Positions 1 to 10,305 of a stretch of DNA of 64,000 nucleotides are shown here, one piece after another. Below the pieces are notes generated by a model that saw only the letters and a list, made by a program, of their open reading frames with translations, did not search any database and was not told where the DNA came from. The first letter of the stretch is position 1. Every line of letters begins with the position of its first letter. The position numbers were made by a program, and so were the translations under genes. This DNA comes from Tubulanus polymorphus (Eukaryota > Animalia > Nemertea). The stretch spans positions 12,402,088 through 12,466,087 of the forward strand of contig NC_134031.1 in NCBI RefSeq assembly GCF_964204645.1. The letters are read 5' to 3'.

Positions 1-360
1 GAAAAAGTCCAATTAAAAATGTTAGTAGTTTATTCAACGTTTCGTCTATGTCCTAATAGTCATCTTCAGAAATAATGAATACTACAGAAATTATGAGAGA
101 TATATACAATCCAGAGACAAAGAGACCAATTCAAGTAACCAGAGATGATACTAACTAAAGGAAAATTAACGTAGAAACAGTTACACGCTAAAACAGATTA
201 AAGAGAAGCAGTTAAGAGACAAACTAGGGGGCACTTAAATTTAAGACAATTGTGAATACAAGTTGATCGACTAAAATTGATGAGGGGAAATCAGGTGTTG
301 AGTTTAACCAGTTTAATTTTTATATAAGTTTATTATGGGATGAAAAACCGATATTCGGAA
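1..360 (-). mobile_element. Penelope-like element 3' end fragment with minimal hammerhead motif
   Basis: Minus strand of ~30-70 reads ctgaaga-tgactattaggacatagac-gaaac-gtt, nearly identical to the hammerhead at 13150-13197. Minus strand of ~325-358 encodes NIGFSSHNKL, like the Penelope C-terminus NNGFSSHNSL at ~25600. Confidence 0.6.
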
Positions 361-1419
361 ACAACTGAATTATTACGGAGATTCCCGATCTCGCTGGTTA
401 TCGCTTATCGGCGCGTTACGTAACAAAGCGCTCGCCGACGAACCGTTATCGGCTTTAAGGCAATTACAACGCACATTCGACAAGAGCTGCACAATAGCGT
501 CCGTATTCCATCTCATCACACTTCCCTGATGTAGCTAACCATATAAATTACAATTATAACAAATATACATGTCAGCACTTGTGCTGAAATGTAATTTAGA
601 ATTCAATACTGTCTTAATTTTTAAAGTTACGCTTGTTTTCTGGGCTTATTTTCTCAAAGATCTGCATGAGCTGAAACTTTCTGCTAGTAATTCCTTTGAG
701 GTTTATGTTTGATGCTCTATCCAACCATTCTAGTTACAAACTGCACATCAGTGAATACCTCTTAAAAGCAGATAGATGAATAACAGCCACAGCTATAACT
801 CCGAAGAAGGCAAAAAAGGTCTCTCAACAAAACTGTCTTTGCTATTAGGATTTAAAGGTTAATCGTTATCACTAGCAAAGTATGAATTAGCTTTGACATT
901 TAAACTAAACTTGTACAAGAAATTGTCACACCAAAACAAATGTTGCACCAAGCTCTCTATGTTCTGGAGTTGAAGTGTGAAGATGGCTGAACGAAACATA
1001 TGTGATTAAATCAAAATCGATCTACTTCTCGATAATTTTGATAACAGACAAGTTGTCGACAAACAGAAGATAGTCCGCTGAGACTTGAATTGTATTAACT
1101 TCAACTTTTTTAAATGTGCAGTCTGAGGGAAATTCAATGAACATACATAAGTAACATCCGATGTATCACTACTGCATGTGCTGGTACCACAAGGTTGTTT
1201 CAGATAGGAAATGCCTTTACTCTCATCTTCCCTTGCCAGGGTTTCGGTATCGATGTCAACAATTTATTGTTGACAATCCTACCCACATTACTACATGTGA
1301 TAATATCAGCACTAATGTCATCTCAGAAAACGAAGCCCTGCAAATTCTATTATCATAAATTGTGTAGGACTTCATGATTCCAATAAATTTTACTTTTAAT
1401 TGCTACTTAAAATCCAAAA

Positions 1420-3026
1420 ATGCCACGAAAGATAAGCAATCTTAGTTCTTCTTCAAGAACAGCAAGACAGAGCAGAATCTGACGTGAATCAGCACCACAC
1501 CCTGTCAAATGGAACACAGTATGCAGACACTGTCTTGCTATGAAATAGCCTCGAGAATATCCATAAATGTGCTGTTCCTTAGGCAAAATAGCTGTTCCTC
1601 GATTACCTGAACCACCAGAAGACTTGAAGACACTTATAACAGGATCCAACCATTATCTTGAAAACATATGTCGATATAACGCCTGCTTTCAGATGACATC
1701 TTTTGTAGGCAAACGGATATTCGAGCCAGGTTATATGCCCACATTTAAAGTTCAAGGCCAAGTGTACCATTTGATTGGTTCTTTATATCCAAGACACAAT
1801 GAGCCTCCAAAATTCTGATAGATATATTTCCTTGGTGACATGCAGCAGCAGGCAATTCATCGGCTGAATTCGACATCTAACCTGAAGCGGGAAACAGTTG
1901 TCACACTGCAAAATGTCTTACATTCTGTGAACAAGTATATTCATAGTTTCAAAACAGACATGGAGAAGTTCAGTGGCCCTGACTCCCAACTTATAATACA
2001 TGCTGATAAGGTACCACAGGGTCATCATCAACGCTGCTATAATGGCCCAACAACATCGGAGGTTGCAGTGATCATGAGTGGAGGACCTGGCACCAGTAGA
2101 GACATTATTTTGGAACAGCATGACACAAAATTAAAAAGGTTTGCAGAAACTCATAATCTTATGATGCCCTTCAATGTCCTCTACTTTTTCCTCATGGAGA
2201 AGATGGATATCACTTCGCCATTCCAAGGTTTGATCCTGTCAAACAATGTGTCCAGGAAAATACTAAGACTAATGCCTTGGAATAATATGCTTACAGACTT
2301 ACGTACAGGGAGCATGATTATAATATATTTTTAAAATGTTGTGCATTGTCACAACAATTTTGGTTGGACATGTTTGCTAAGATAGAAACGGAGAGGCTTA
2401 ACTATCTTCAACATAATCAAAAAAGTTGAGAGCAGAGCAATATGTTCATTTGGGGGATGCCGGATCACAGTTCAAATGCCATTGGTCAGTAATTCTGCCA
2501 TCCACCTTTCTTGGAAGACCTAGATACATGCATGAACATTCCCAAGATGCAATGTGCTATGTAAGTTCCTATGGGAAGCCTGATCTCCGGAAACCAAATG
2601 GATTGAAATAGAACGTGAACTGTTTGAGGGCCAAAAACCAAATAACAGATATGACATTATAGCATGCATCTTTAGACTGAAGGTCAAGGCTATAATGGAT
2701 CTCATTGTTAAATTCAAGGATTTTGGTGATGTTAGATGTCACATTCATACTATAGAATGGCAGAAGCATGGTCTACCTCACGCTCATATATTGATTTGGT
2801 TTCGTTCTAAACTAAAATCAACAGATATGGACAATATTGTATCCGCCGAACTTCCAAATAATGCAACTGATCCCAACTCTTCAGCACGATCACTAAAAAT
2901 ATGAATCATGGCCCCTGTGGTAGCATGAATAATCTAAGCCCGTGTATAAAAAATGGTATGTGCACTAAGAAGTATCCAAAACCACTCATTAGTAACACGC
3001 AGACAAGTTCGGATGGATATCCTCTA
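1420..3026 (+). pseudogene. Helitron RepHel, N-terminal/Rep (HUH) part, frameshifted
   Basis: YNACFQMTSF, TFKVQGQVYHLIGSL, VILPSTFLGRPRYM, IEWQKHGLPHAHILIW (HUH motif), HGPCG, CTKKYPK, GYPL in fragmentary ORFs. Confidence 0.93.
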
Positions 3027-3792
3027 AGTAATAGGGGTAATAGGCTTTCAAGCCAAAGGTCGAACGGTCGAGCTCATAAAAAATGAAAAACATGAAAATA
3101 ATTACAATATCTACTTGAATTACTCGCGAAACTCATAAAAATGAAAAATAAATTCTCACACACTCGAATTTATTTTTCATTTTTATGAGTTTCACTCCTA
3201 ATTCAAGTAGAAATTGTTATTATTTTCATGTTTTTCATTTTTTACTCACCCGCCCGTTCAACCTTTAACCTGAAAGCCTATTACCCCTATTACTCTTAAA
3301 ATAATCATATACATGAATAACATTTAAATTGACAGATTATTCAATTTAAAAGTGTAAGCTCTTATAGAATAGATATATAGATATATTTAAAACATTATTT
3401 CAATATTCATATTTGTATGAGTTAGATTTTTAAACATTAAAAGTGTTAGTAAAGTGTGATTGAAATAATACATGATATAAATCATTGAACTTCTAAAATC
3501 AATTTTAATAAAAAATTTAGTATTAAAATGGAAGCAAATAAGTAATACTGTTCAACATGTAATATCAATATAGATAAATCCCAAAAAGCAAGACACAATA
3601 AAACTAAAACACATTTAGAGAATAAATTGAAATTAGAATATGAAGATGATATATTAGAAACTAAATTAGATGAATTAAAGAATGAAAAAGAAACATACAA
3701 ATGTGATACATGTAATCAATCATTCAGTGATAAAAGATATTATAATGAACATTTAAAATCTAAAAGTCATATTAGAAATAAGAATAATGATA
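3027..3792 (+). repeat. Polinton left TIR (766 bp); first 268 bp form an imperfect palindrome
   Basis: Reverse complement of 19605-20368 apart from about 5 substitutions and one short replaced segment. Confidence 0.95.
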
Positions 3793-3983
3793 ACTTATTC
3801 TCATTATTTAACATTAAAAATTATATCTCAGCAACAAATTTAGTGTATGGAAGTAATTTAGATGATGAAATTGTTGCGCCTAAATATAATCCTAATGAAA
3901 GCGTTTTATGTAATTGTGGAAAATATTATACTCGAGGCAATAAATCACACCATCTTAAATCAAAATATCATAACTCCAAATAG
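3528..3983 (+). pseudogene. Triple C2H2-type zinc-finger ORF sharing its N-terminus with pPolB (TAA at codon 6)
   Basis: MEANK*YCSTC...HLENK...CDTC...HLKSKSH matches the pPolB start up to the TIR end, then a unique CNCGKYY...HHLKSKYH finger. Confidence 0.7.
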
Positions 3984-3993
3984 GGAAATCAAT

Positions 3994-4019
3994 TTTAATA
4001 AAAATGTGTATTATAAATG
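3994..4019 (+). promoter_or_regulatory. Class A promoter-like motif TTTAAT-A5-7...TAAA(A)TG (also upstream of 3528/19869, 8987, 15931)
   Basis: TTTAAT starts exactly 20 nt before TAAA at four different genes. Confidence 0.65.
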
Positions 4020-4808
4020 GAGCCGGAACAATCACAAGCTATAAATATAAACAATAATGGTGTAATAAATATATGCTATAAGAAATGTAATAAGTGTGAA
4101 TTGAATAAATCATTAACAGAATTTCAAAAAAATAAAACTAAAAAAGATGGCAAACAAACATATTGCAAAAGCTGTACTAAACTATACAATAACAAATTTC
4201 TTGAAAATAATCCAAATTATTCAACACAATATTATATGGATAATATTGAAAAATTCAAAGTTAGAAATAAACAATGGAGAGAAAATCACTCAGATTATAT
4301 AAGAGAATATATGAGAGAATGGAGGGATAATAATAGAGAATATTATAAAGCGTATCAAAATAATTATAAGAAAGAAAGATATCAAACAGATTTTAATTAC
4401 AAATTGAAAAAATGTTTAAGATCTAAAGTATCAAAATTATTCAGTAAAGAAAACCACTCAGTTACACTAGCACATTTATTGGATTGTTCAGATAAATTTT
4501 TTAAATCATGGATAATATATCAATTCGATGATAAAATGAATATAAATAATTATGGCAATTATTTTCATATTGATCATGTGTTACCAATATCTAAATTTGA
4601 CATGAATGATGAATATGATAAAAAGTTAATTTGGAATTGGAAAAACCTGAGACCTCTTGAAAAGAAGGAAAATATGATTAAACATGACAAACTAGATTTA
4701 CAGTTATATTTAGAACAGTTAACAAAAGTAAAGAAATTCATTGAATTATGGAACAATAATCCAAATAATGAACAATATGTTGAATCTTTATTGAGTGTTA
4801 AAGATTAA
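4017..4808 (+). CDS. HNH endonuclease with N-terminal CxxC...CxxC zinc ribbon
   Basis: CNKC...CKSC; FHIDHVLP...NLRPL...ENMIKHDK HNH-type motif; intact 263 aa. Confidence 0.8.
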   Translation: MEPEQSQAININNNGVINICYKKCNKCELNKSLTEFQKNKTKKDGKQTYCKSCTKLYNNKFLENNPNYSTQYYMDNIEKFKVRNKQWRENHSDYIREYMREWRDNNREYYKAYQNNYKKERYQTDFNYKLKKCLRSKVSKLFSKENHSVTLAHLLDCSDKFFKSWIIYQFDDKMNINNYGNYFHIDHVLPISKFDMNDEYDKKLIWNWKNLRPLEKKENMIKHDKLDLQLYLEQLTKVKKFIELWNNNPNNEQYVESLLSVKD

Positions 4809-5049
4809 TATATCTCAAATAAAATATATTAAAAAAACAATAACTTCAACTAGCCATTATTTCTATTTTAATTTTTGATATTTTCTTTTACAATTCTTTT
4901 CAAAAGAGAATACTTTATATCACAAATAAAAAATACTAAAAAAACAATAACTAATACTAAAATTCTTTACCATTAACTAAGCTAGTATTAATCTAAAGAG
5001 ATACTGGTATCATTTTATAATACTTATATTATTTTTTTCTCTAATATAA

Positions 5050-5652
5050 ATGTCAAAGAAATCGAGTAAGAATAGTATTGATATTGAAAAAACATTAGAT
5101 GATTTGGGTATTAGTGATAATAAAGATACAGTTGTTTCTAATTCTATTCAAGTTAATAACAATATTGATTATGAATACTACTTATATTGTAAGCATCATC
5201 TTCAATTATTAATTGCTAGTGGTAAATGTAATCAGTTTATCGGGAAAATAATAACTTTTCAAGAATTAGACACTATGAAACCCGATAAAGTAATAAAATA
5301 TTTTAAGATTTATGAAGAGGCAAGATTGGCCCGAATAAATGATTCTATTTCAGATGGTATTGTCAAATGTTATTCTAAGTTATGTAACCAGTTAATACCA
5401 ATTAATGATGAAAATAAATTATATAGTGATTTAAAAAATGACTACTTAGTTATGACTGAATTACAAAAATGGGTTGGTTATGCTTCATTTCAATTAGGAT
5501 CGGTTATGACATTAATTTCTACTGGCGTCATAACATTTTCGAACATCAAGCCTACGGAATATAAATCAGGTAAGAATGAAACAGATGTACTACAACCAAA
5601 CGTCGAAACAGAAAATGAATCAGAACAAAAATTAACTAAAATAAATGAGTGA
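5050..5652 (+). CDS. Polinton hypothetical protein with hydrophobic C-terminal helix
   Basis: Intact 200-aa ORF, TAAATG start, hydrophobic segment FQLGSVMTLISTGVITF. Confidence 0.7.
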   Translation: MSKKSSKNSIDIEKTLDDLGISDNKDTVVSNSIQVNNNIDYEYYLYCKHHLQLLIASGKCNQFIGKIITFQELDTMKPDKVIKYFKIYEEARLARINDSISDGIVKCYSKLCNQLIPINDENKLYSDLKNDYLVMTELQKWVGYASFQLGSVMTLISTGVITFSNIKPTEYKSGKNETDVLQPNVETENESEQKLTKINE

Positions 5653-6013
5653 TGGAGTTAAGAAAAAGGCTAGATCCGAGAAACAAATTAAATGGGCAAG
5701 AGAATTAGGTAAAAGATCTTCAGAATTAAAAAAAGCTAAGAAAAAGAAATTAACTGATATAAATGAATCACAGACATTATCTGATATTGATTTAAATAAT
5801 AATCCATCTGATTCTTCTAATGCTGGAAGTAATTATAAATTATATATTACAATTGGATTAGTAACAGTTATTATATTATCCGGTGTAATATATAAATCAA
5901 AATTCAAATCTGATGATAAAGATGATTCCAATGACAATAAACCTATTATACCAGAAAATAAGTCAAATCATAAAGCCATTGAAACTAAATCTAAATTATT
6001 ATTAATGGATTAA
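5645..6013 (+). CDS. Small basic single-pass membrane protein
   Basis: 122 aa; K-rich N-terminus; TM-like LYITIGLVTVIILSGVIY; overlaps upstream stop. Confidence 0.7.
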   Translation: MSDGVKKKARSEKQIKWARELGKRSSELKKAKKKKLTDINESQTLSDIDLNNNPSDSSNAGSNYKLYITIGLVTVIILSGVIYKSKFKSDDKDDSNDNKPIIPENKSNHKAIETKSKLLLMD

Positions 6014-6019
6014 AGTAAG

Positions 6020-7108
6020 ATGAAAAAAGAACAATATTTAAGAGATTTATATTATAACCCAGAAAGTGAAGTATCATATTCTAACGTTTCAGAATTATGG
6101 AATAAAATTAAATCTGATAATGAAAATGGTAATATAAAATATAGTGAATTGAAATCATGGTTACAAAATCAACCAACATATCAAATCCACAAGAAAATGG
6201 ATAAAACTTATTTAACAAGAAAAGTTATGGTTTCATATATCGATCAACGATGGCAAGCAGATTTAATTGACATGAAGAACTTAGAGGAATACAACAAAGG
6301 ATATTTCTGGATATTAAATGTTATAGACATATTCAGTAGATACGCATGGTCAATTCCAATAAAAAATAAAACTGGTATAGAAGTTACAAATGCTTTTAAA
6401 TCTATATTTAAAGAAGCTATTCCAGATAAGATACAATTTGATGAAGGTAAGGAATTCTATAACAAACATTTTAAAAAACTATTATCTGATAACGATGTAG
6501 AATATTTTTCAACACATTCAGATAAAAAAGCATCTATTATAGAAAGATTTAATAAAACATTGAAAACTAGAATGTGGAAATATTTTACTGCTAATGAAAC
6601 ATATAAATATATCGATGTGTTAGATGATTTAGTGAAAGGTTATAATTCTAAACATAGTTCTATAAATATGAAACCTATACAAGCTAGAAAAGAAGATAAT
6701 TCAGAAATAGTTTGGAATAATTTATATGGAGCATTTGTTACACATGATTTTGGAGAACCTAAATTTAAAATCGGACAACACGTAAGAATATCTAAATATA
6801 GAAAAACATTTTATAAAGGTTATACCCCAAATTTTACAGAAGAAATATTCAAGATTAAAAAGATAATATTAACTAAACCATTTGTTTATAAACTAGAAGA
6901 TCTAAAAGATGAAGAAATATTAGGTTATTTCTATGAACAAGAATTATCACTTGTACCAAATCCAGATGAAATAGAATACAAAATAGAAAAAGTATTGAAA
7001 ACAAAAACTCTTAAAGGAAAAAAGTATTCTTTGGTGAAATATAAAGGATATGATGATAAATTTAATGAATGGATTTTATCTAGTAAAATTAAAAGAATAA
7101 ATGAATAA
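6020..7108 (+). CDS. Retroviral-like DDE integrase with C-terminal chromodomain (c-integrase)
   Basis: WQADL, IDIFSRY, IQFDEGKEF, IIERFNKTLK; chromodomain YKIEKVL...LVKYKGYDDKFNEWI; intact. Confidence 0.96.
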   Translation: MKKEQYLRDLYYNPESEVSYSNVSELWNKIKSDNENGNIKYSELKSWLQNQPTYQIHKKMDKTYLTRKVMVSYIDQRWQADLIDMKNLEEYNKGYFWILNVIDIFSRYAWSIPIKNKTGIEVTNAFKSIFKEAIPDKIQFDEGKEFYNKHFKKLLSDNDVEYFSTHSDKKASIIERFNKTLKTRMWKYFTANETYKYIDVLDDLVKGYNSKHSSINMKPIQARKEDNSEIVWNNLYGAFVTHDFGEPKFKIGQHVRISKYRKTFYKGYTPNFTEEIFKIKKIILTKPFVYKLEDLKDEEILGYFYEQELSLVPNPDEIEYKIEKVLKTKTLKGKKYSLVKYKGYDDKFNEWILSSKIKRINE

Positions 7109-7712
7109 AGATTTATTTATATTCGAACCGCATAATATGTTAGTTACTGGTGTAACCAATTGTGGTAAAACACATTTCATATTAGATTTGTTAGAAACTA
7201 TTTATAAGAATCATTTTGATAATATAATATTATTCTGCCCTACTTATGAAATGAATAAAACATATAATAGAGATATAGTTAAGATAAAAAAGTTTATTAT
7301 ATTAGATCCTAAAACAGTAAAAGAAAATTTAGATAATTGTATTAAAATAGCAATTGATACTTATAAAGGATCAAATACATTATTCATTTTAGATGATTGC
7401 GCAAATTTACATGATTCAAAAGTGAGAGAAAGTGAGTTATGTTATTTAGCTTTCTCCGGGAGACATTTCGGGATAACAACATGGGTTTTAAATCAAAAAT
7501 ATAATTCAATTGTTAAAGACTTTAGGGAGAATATAAGATTTCTAGTTTTATTTTATAACAAAGATAGAAAATCTATGCAACAATCATTGGAAGAAAATCA
7601 AATTATACCTACTGAATTACATGATGAATATATGAATAAATTAAAGAATAATAAAGGTTCAAAATTATTACTGAGATTACAATTTCCATATGAATATAAA
7701 TTTATAAAATAA
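7101..7712 (+). CDS. A32-like (FtsK/HerA) genome-packaging ATPase
   Basis: Walker A GVTNCGKT, Walker B FILDD, SGRH motif, NQ sensor; intact. Confidence 0.93.
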   Translation: MNKDLFIFEPHNMLVTGVTNCGKTHFILDLLETIYKNHFDNIILFCPTYEMNKTYNRDIVKIKKFIILDPKTVKENLDNCIKIAIDTYKGSNTLFILDDCANLHDSKVRESELCYLAFSGRHFGITTWVLNQKYNSIVKDFRENIRFLVLFYNKDRKSMQQSLEENQIIPTELHDEYMNKLKNNKGSKLLLRLQFPYEYKFIK

Positions 7713-8080
7713 AATTTATATACCTATTTATTAGATACCCTAATACCTGATACCCTATTAGATACCCTAATACCTGATACCCTATTAGATACCTTAAATA
7801 CTTAAAATCCCCTTTTTAAAATAAATATTATTTATACAATATTCAACCAATTTATTTTTATTTTTTCAACTAATATATGAATAAGTTTGAAAATAATAAA
7901 GGTTATTTATTATTACTGAGGTTTCAATTTCCATATGAATATCAGTTTATAAAATAAGATATTTTATGTATTAGATTGTATTAGATTGTATTAGATATGC
8001 ATTAGATACCTTAAATACCTTAAATACTTAAAACCCCCTTTTTTATTTACTATTATTTTATACAATTTTCAACCAATATT
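7645..8080 (+). repeat. Imperfect ~244-bp duplication with 27-bp and 10-bp minisatellites
   Basis: aataataaaggtt...ttattactgag...caatttccatatgaatat...tttataaaataa at ~7649 and ~7893; (cctattagataccctaatacctgatac)n at ~7723-7795. Confidence 0.75.
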
Positions 8081-8108
8081 ATTATTTGTGTTAAATATAA
8101 TTAATATC

Positions 8109-8987
8109 TTAATCACTTTCACTATCAGACCCTAACAATTTATTCAAATTCTCTACCGAATTTTCTTCTTCAAATTCTTTATTATTTTTATACTTTTTCA
8201 TTCTTTTTACCGCATCATCAATAGTTGTTTCATTGTTATGCTTATTCATCCAATCAAATTTATCATTATTTTCTACTTTATGTTTCATAGAATCTTTAAT
8301 ATCAATATGCTTATCTGTAACTATATCACCATGTGGGTGCCGTATGGCACCATCTTCATTATTATCTTTATTAGTGTTTGCTCCTTATATTTCATTTACA
8401 GTGTTTGGTTTTAATATTTCATTAGCATCGGTTAAATCTAATTCATCTTTATTAGGTGTTGCTAATAATAAATCTTTATATAATTCTTTACCATTTACTT
8501 TTTGATTTGAAACAAACTTTGTAACATATCTAAATGGGTGTTCTATAAATTTTCTTAAACCAACACGTTTTATAACATTAGTAATATGTACCTTTGTATT
8601 CATATGTTTATTCCAATTTGATGGAGCGTTTGAAAATTCACTTTTACAATATCCACAATAATTTCTATTTTCACTAACATTTAATAATATTTCATTATTA
8701 GATGTAGAAGGTATTACATTATTAGATGTAGAAGGTATTACATTATTAGATGTAGAAGGTATTACATTATTAGATGTAGAAGGTATTACATTATTATCAA
8801 TTACATTACTTAAATTATCAACAACACCACTTTTATTATTATCGATTTCTATTAGTTTAGTTTTATAAATTTTGAAAATAGGATCAAATATCAAAGCTAT
8901 ATTACAAGGTATTACATAATATAAACCATCATTATTTTCATGTGTATCGATGTATGGAATATGTTTATATACTTTACCTCCTTCCAT
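8109..8987 (-). pseudogene. Zinc-finger protein with 4x NNVIPSTS (24-bp) repeat; internal stop at 8385
   Basis: YCGYCK...HMNTKVH finger; frame stays open past the TAA at 8385 to TAA at 8109. Confidence 0.7.
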
Positions 8988-9019
8988 TTATTATATAAAT
9001 TTTTATTAAAGTTAAAATT

Positions 9020-10265
9020 TTAATACATAACACTATTCAATTGAGGATTTACAATATTTAATTGCGCGTCAGATATAATATAAATGTGCATTTTAAAATT
9101 TTTGATTCCTTTATTCTTTGTCATGAATGATTGTATTCCATCTTTAGTGTTCTGTAGTTTTTTTCCAGAACCATGTAATGAATTATCCTCTGTTGTTCTA
9201 AAATCTAACCATAATGCATATTTATTACCGGTATAATAATCAATTTGATTAATATTACAATTTTCAGATGATTTCACTTTTTCATTCATAAAATGTTTTC
9301 TAATTTCTGGCCACTGATCTATCATTCTCATTCCTTGACAAAATATTTTATTTGCTATTCCTTCGATAGTTATTTCTACTTTTGTTATTTCAGGATTATA
9401 ATAATTATCAACATTTATTGCGCCATTAGTATATGTTGCAATGGTAAAAAATATCAATATACCTTTAATAGATCTTCTTGGGAAGTTAATATTCTCATTA
9501 ATTATTTCATCATTTGCATTAATAGTTACGGTTTTAAATTTATCAATATAATCATATAATAATGAAAATGCTTGATTGTATTTAGTTTGAATTAAACTTG
9601 AAATATTTTCATCAGTTACTGTATCATATTCTAAACATATATTCGATAATTTATAACTCATATCTTTATTAACGCTAGATATTACAATTTCATTAACAGG
9701 AGCAAATGTTATTTCGAATATAACATCTTCTTGAATTGCGTATTTATATAAAGGCGCATTGTTATTTATCGATTCAAAGTCTAATGGAATTTTATATTTG
9801 CTTCCATATATACTTTTTATCAATTTATCTACAGCATTAGTTAATATTGCATTATGTGCTTCTGATCTTAATTTATTTTGGTTTTCTGATTGGATTCCTT
9901 GAAATATCATATTATTTCTGTTTTCTTTAGTTAACCATAAATCTTTATCATGCATAAATAAATTATAATCATCTAATGAGAAAACTGTTTCTGGGCCAAT
10001 CTTTATAGTTAATTTTCTAATCAAATATCTTCCAACATTATCAACATAATTATTATTATTACCGATTACTTTTATATCGGCTGATAAATAAAATACTATT
10101 TGGAACATAAAAAGTATTTTGTGTTAATCGAGGAATTCTAACGTATAAAGTTTCATCGGGATTGATATTTGAAGGGTTATGAGTAATTATATGATGTGAT
10201 CTTTCTGCATTAATAGCATTAGATATTCTATGATTCTTAGAAGGATTGATATAACTCCCACTCAT
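9020..10265 (-). pseudogene. Double jelly-roll major capsid protein (one frameshift near 10100)
   Basis: ~415-aa beta-rich ORF (NPSNINPDETLYVRIP...KIPLDF...YALWLDFRT...MHIYIISDAQL); position and size typical of Polinton MCP; homologue at 60736-61989. Confidence 0.8.
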
Positions 10266-10282
10266 TTATTTAACAAAAAAAT
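10263..10282 (-). promoter_or_regulatory. Class B promoter-like motif T4-8-N6-8-TAAATG (also 5050, 11740, 13345, 13786, 14229, 14475, 14814)
   Basis: T-run then TAAATG overlapping the start codon of capsid/membrane-module genes. Confidence 0.65.
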
Positions 10283-10305
10283 TAATTATTTATTTTTTAT
10301 CATGT

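Noticed and set aside
4810-5045. Poxvirus early terminator TTTTTNT signals
   Set aside because: Too frequent by chance in such AT-rich DNA to support without statistics.
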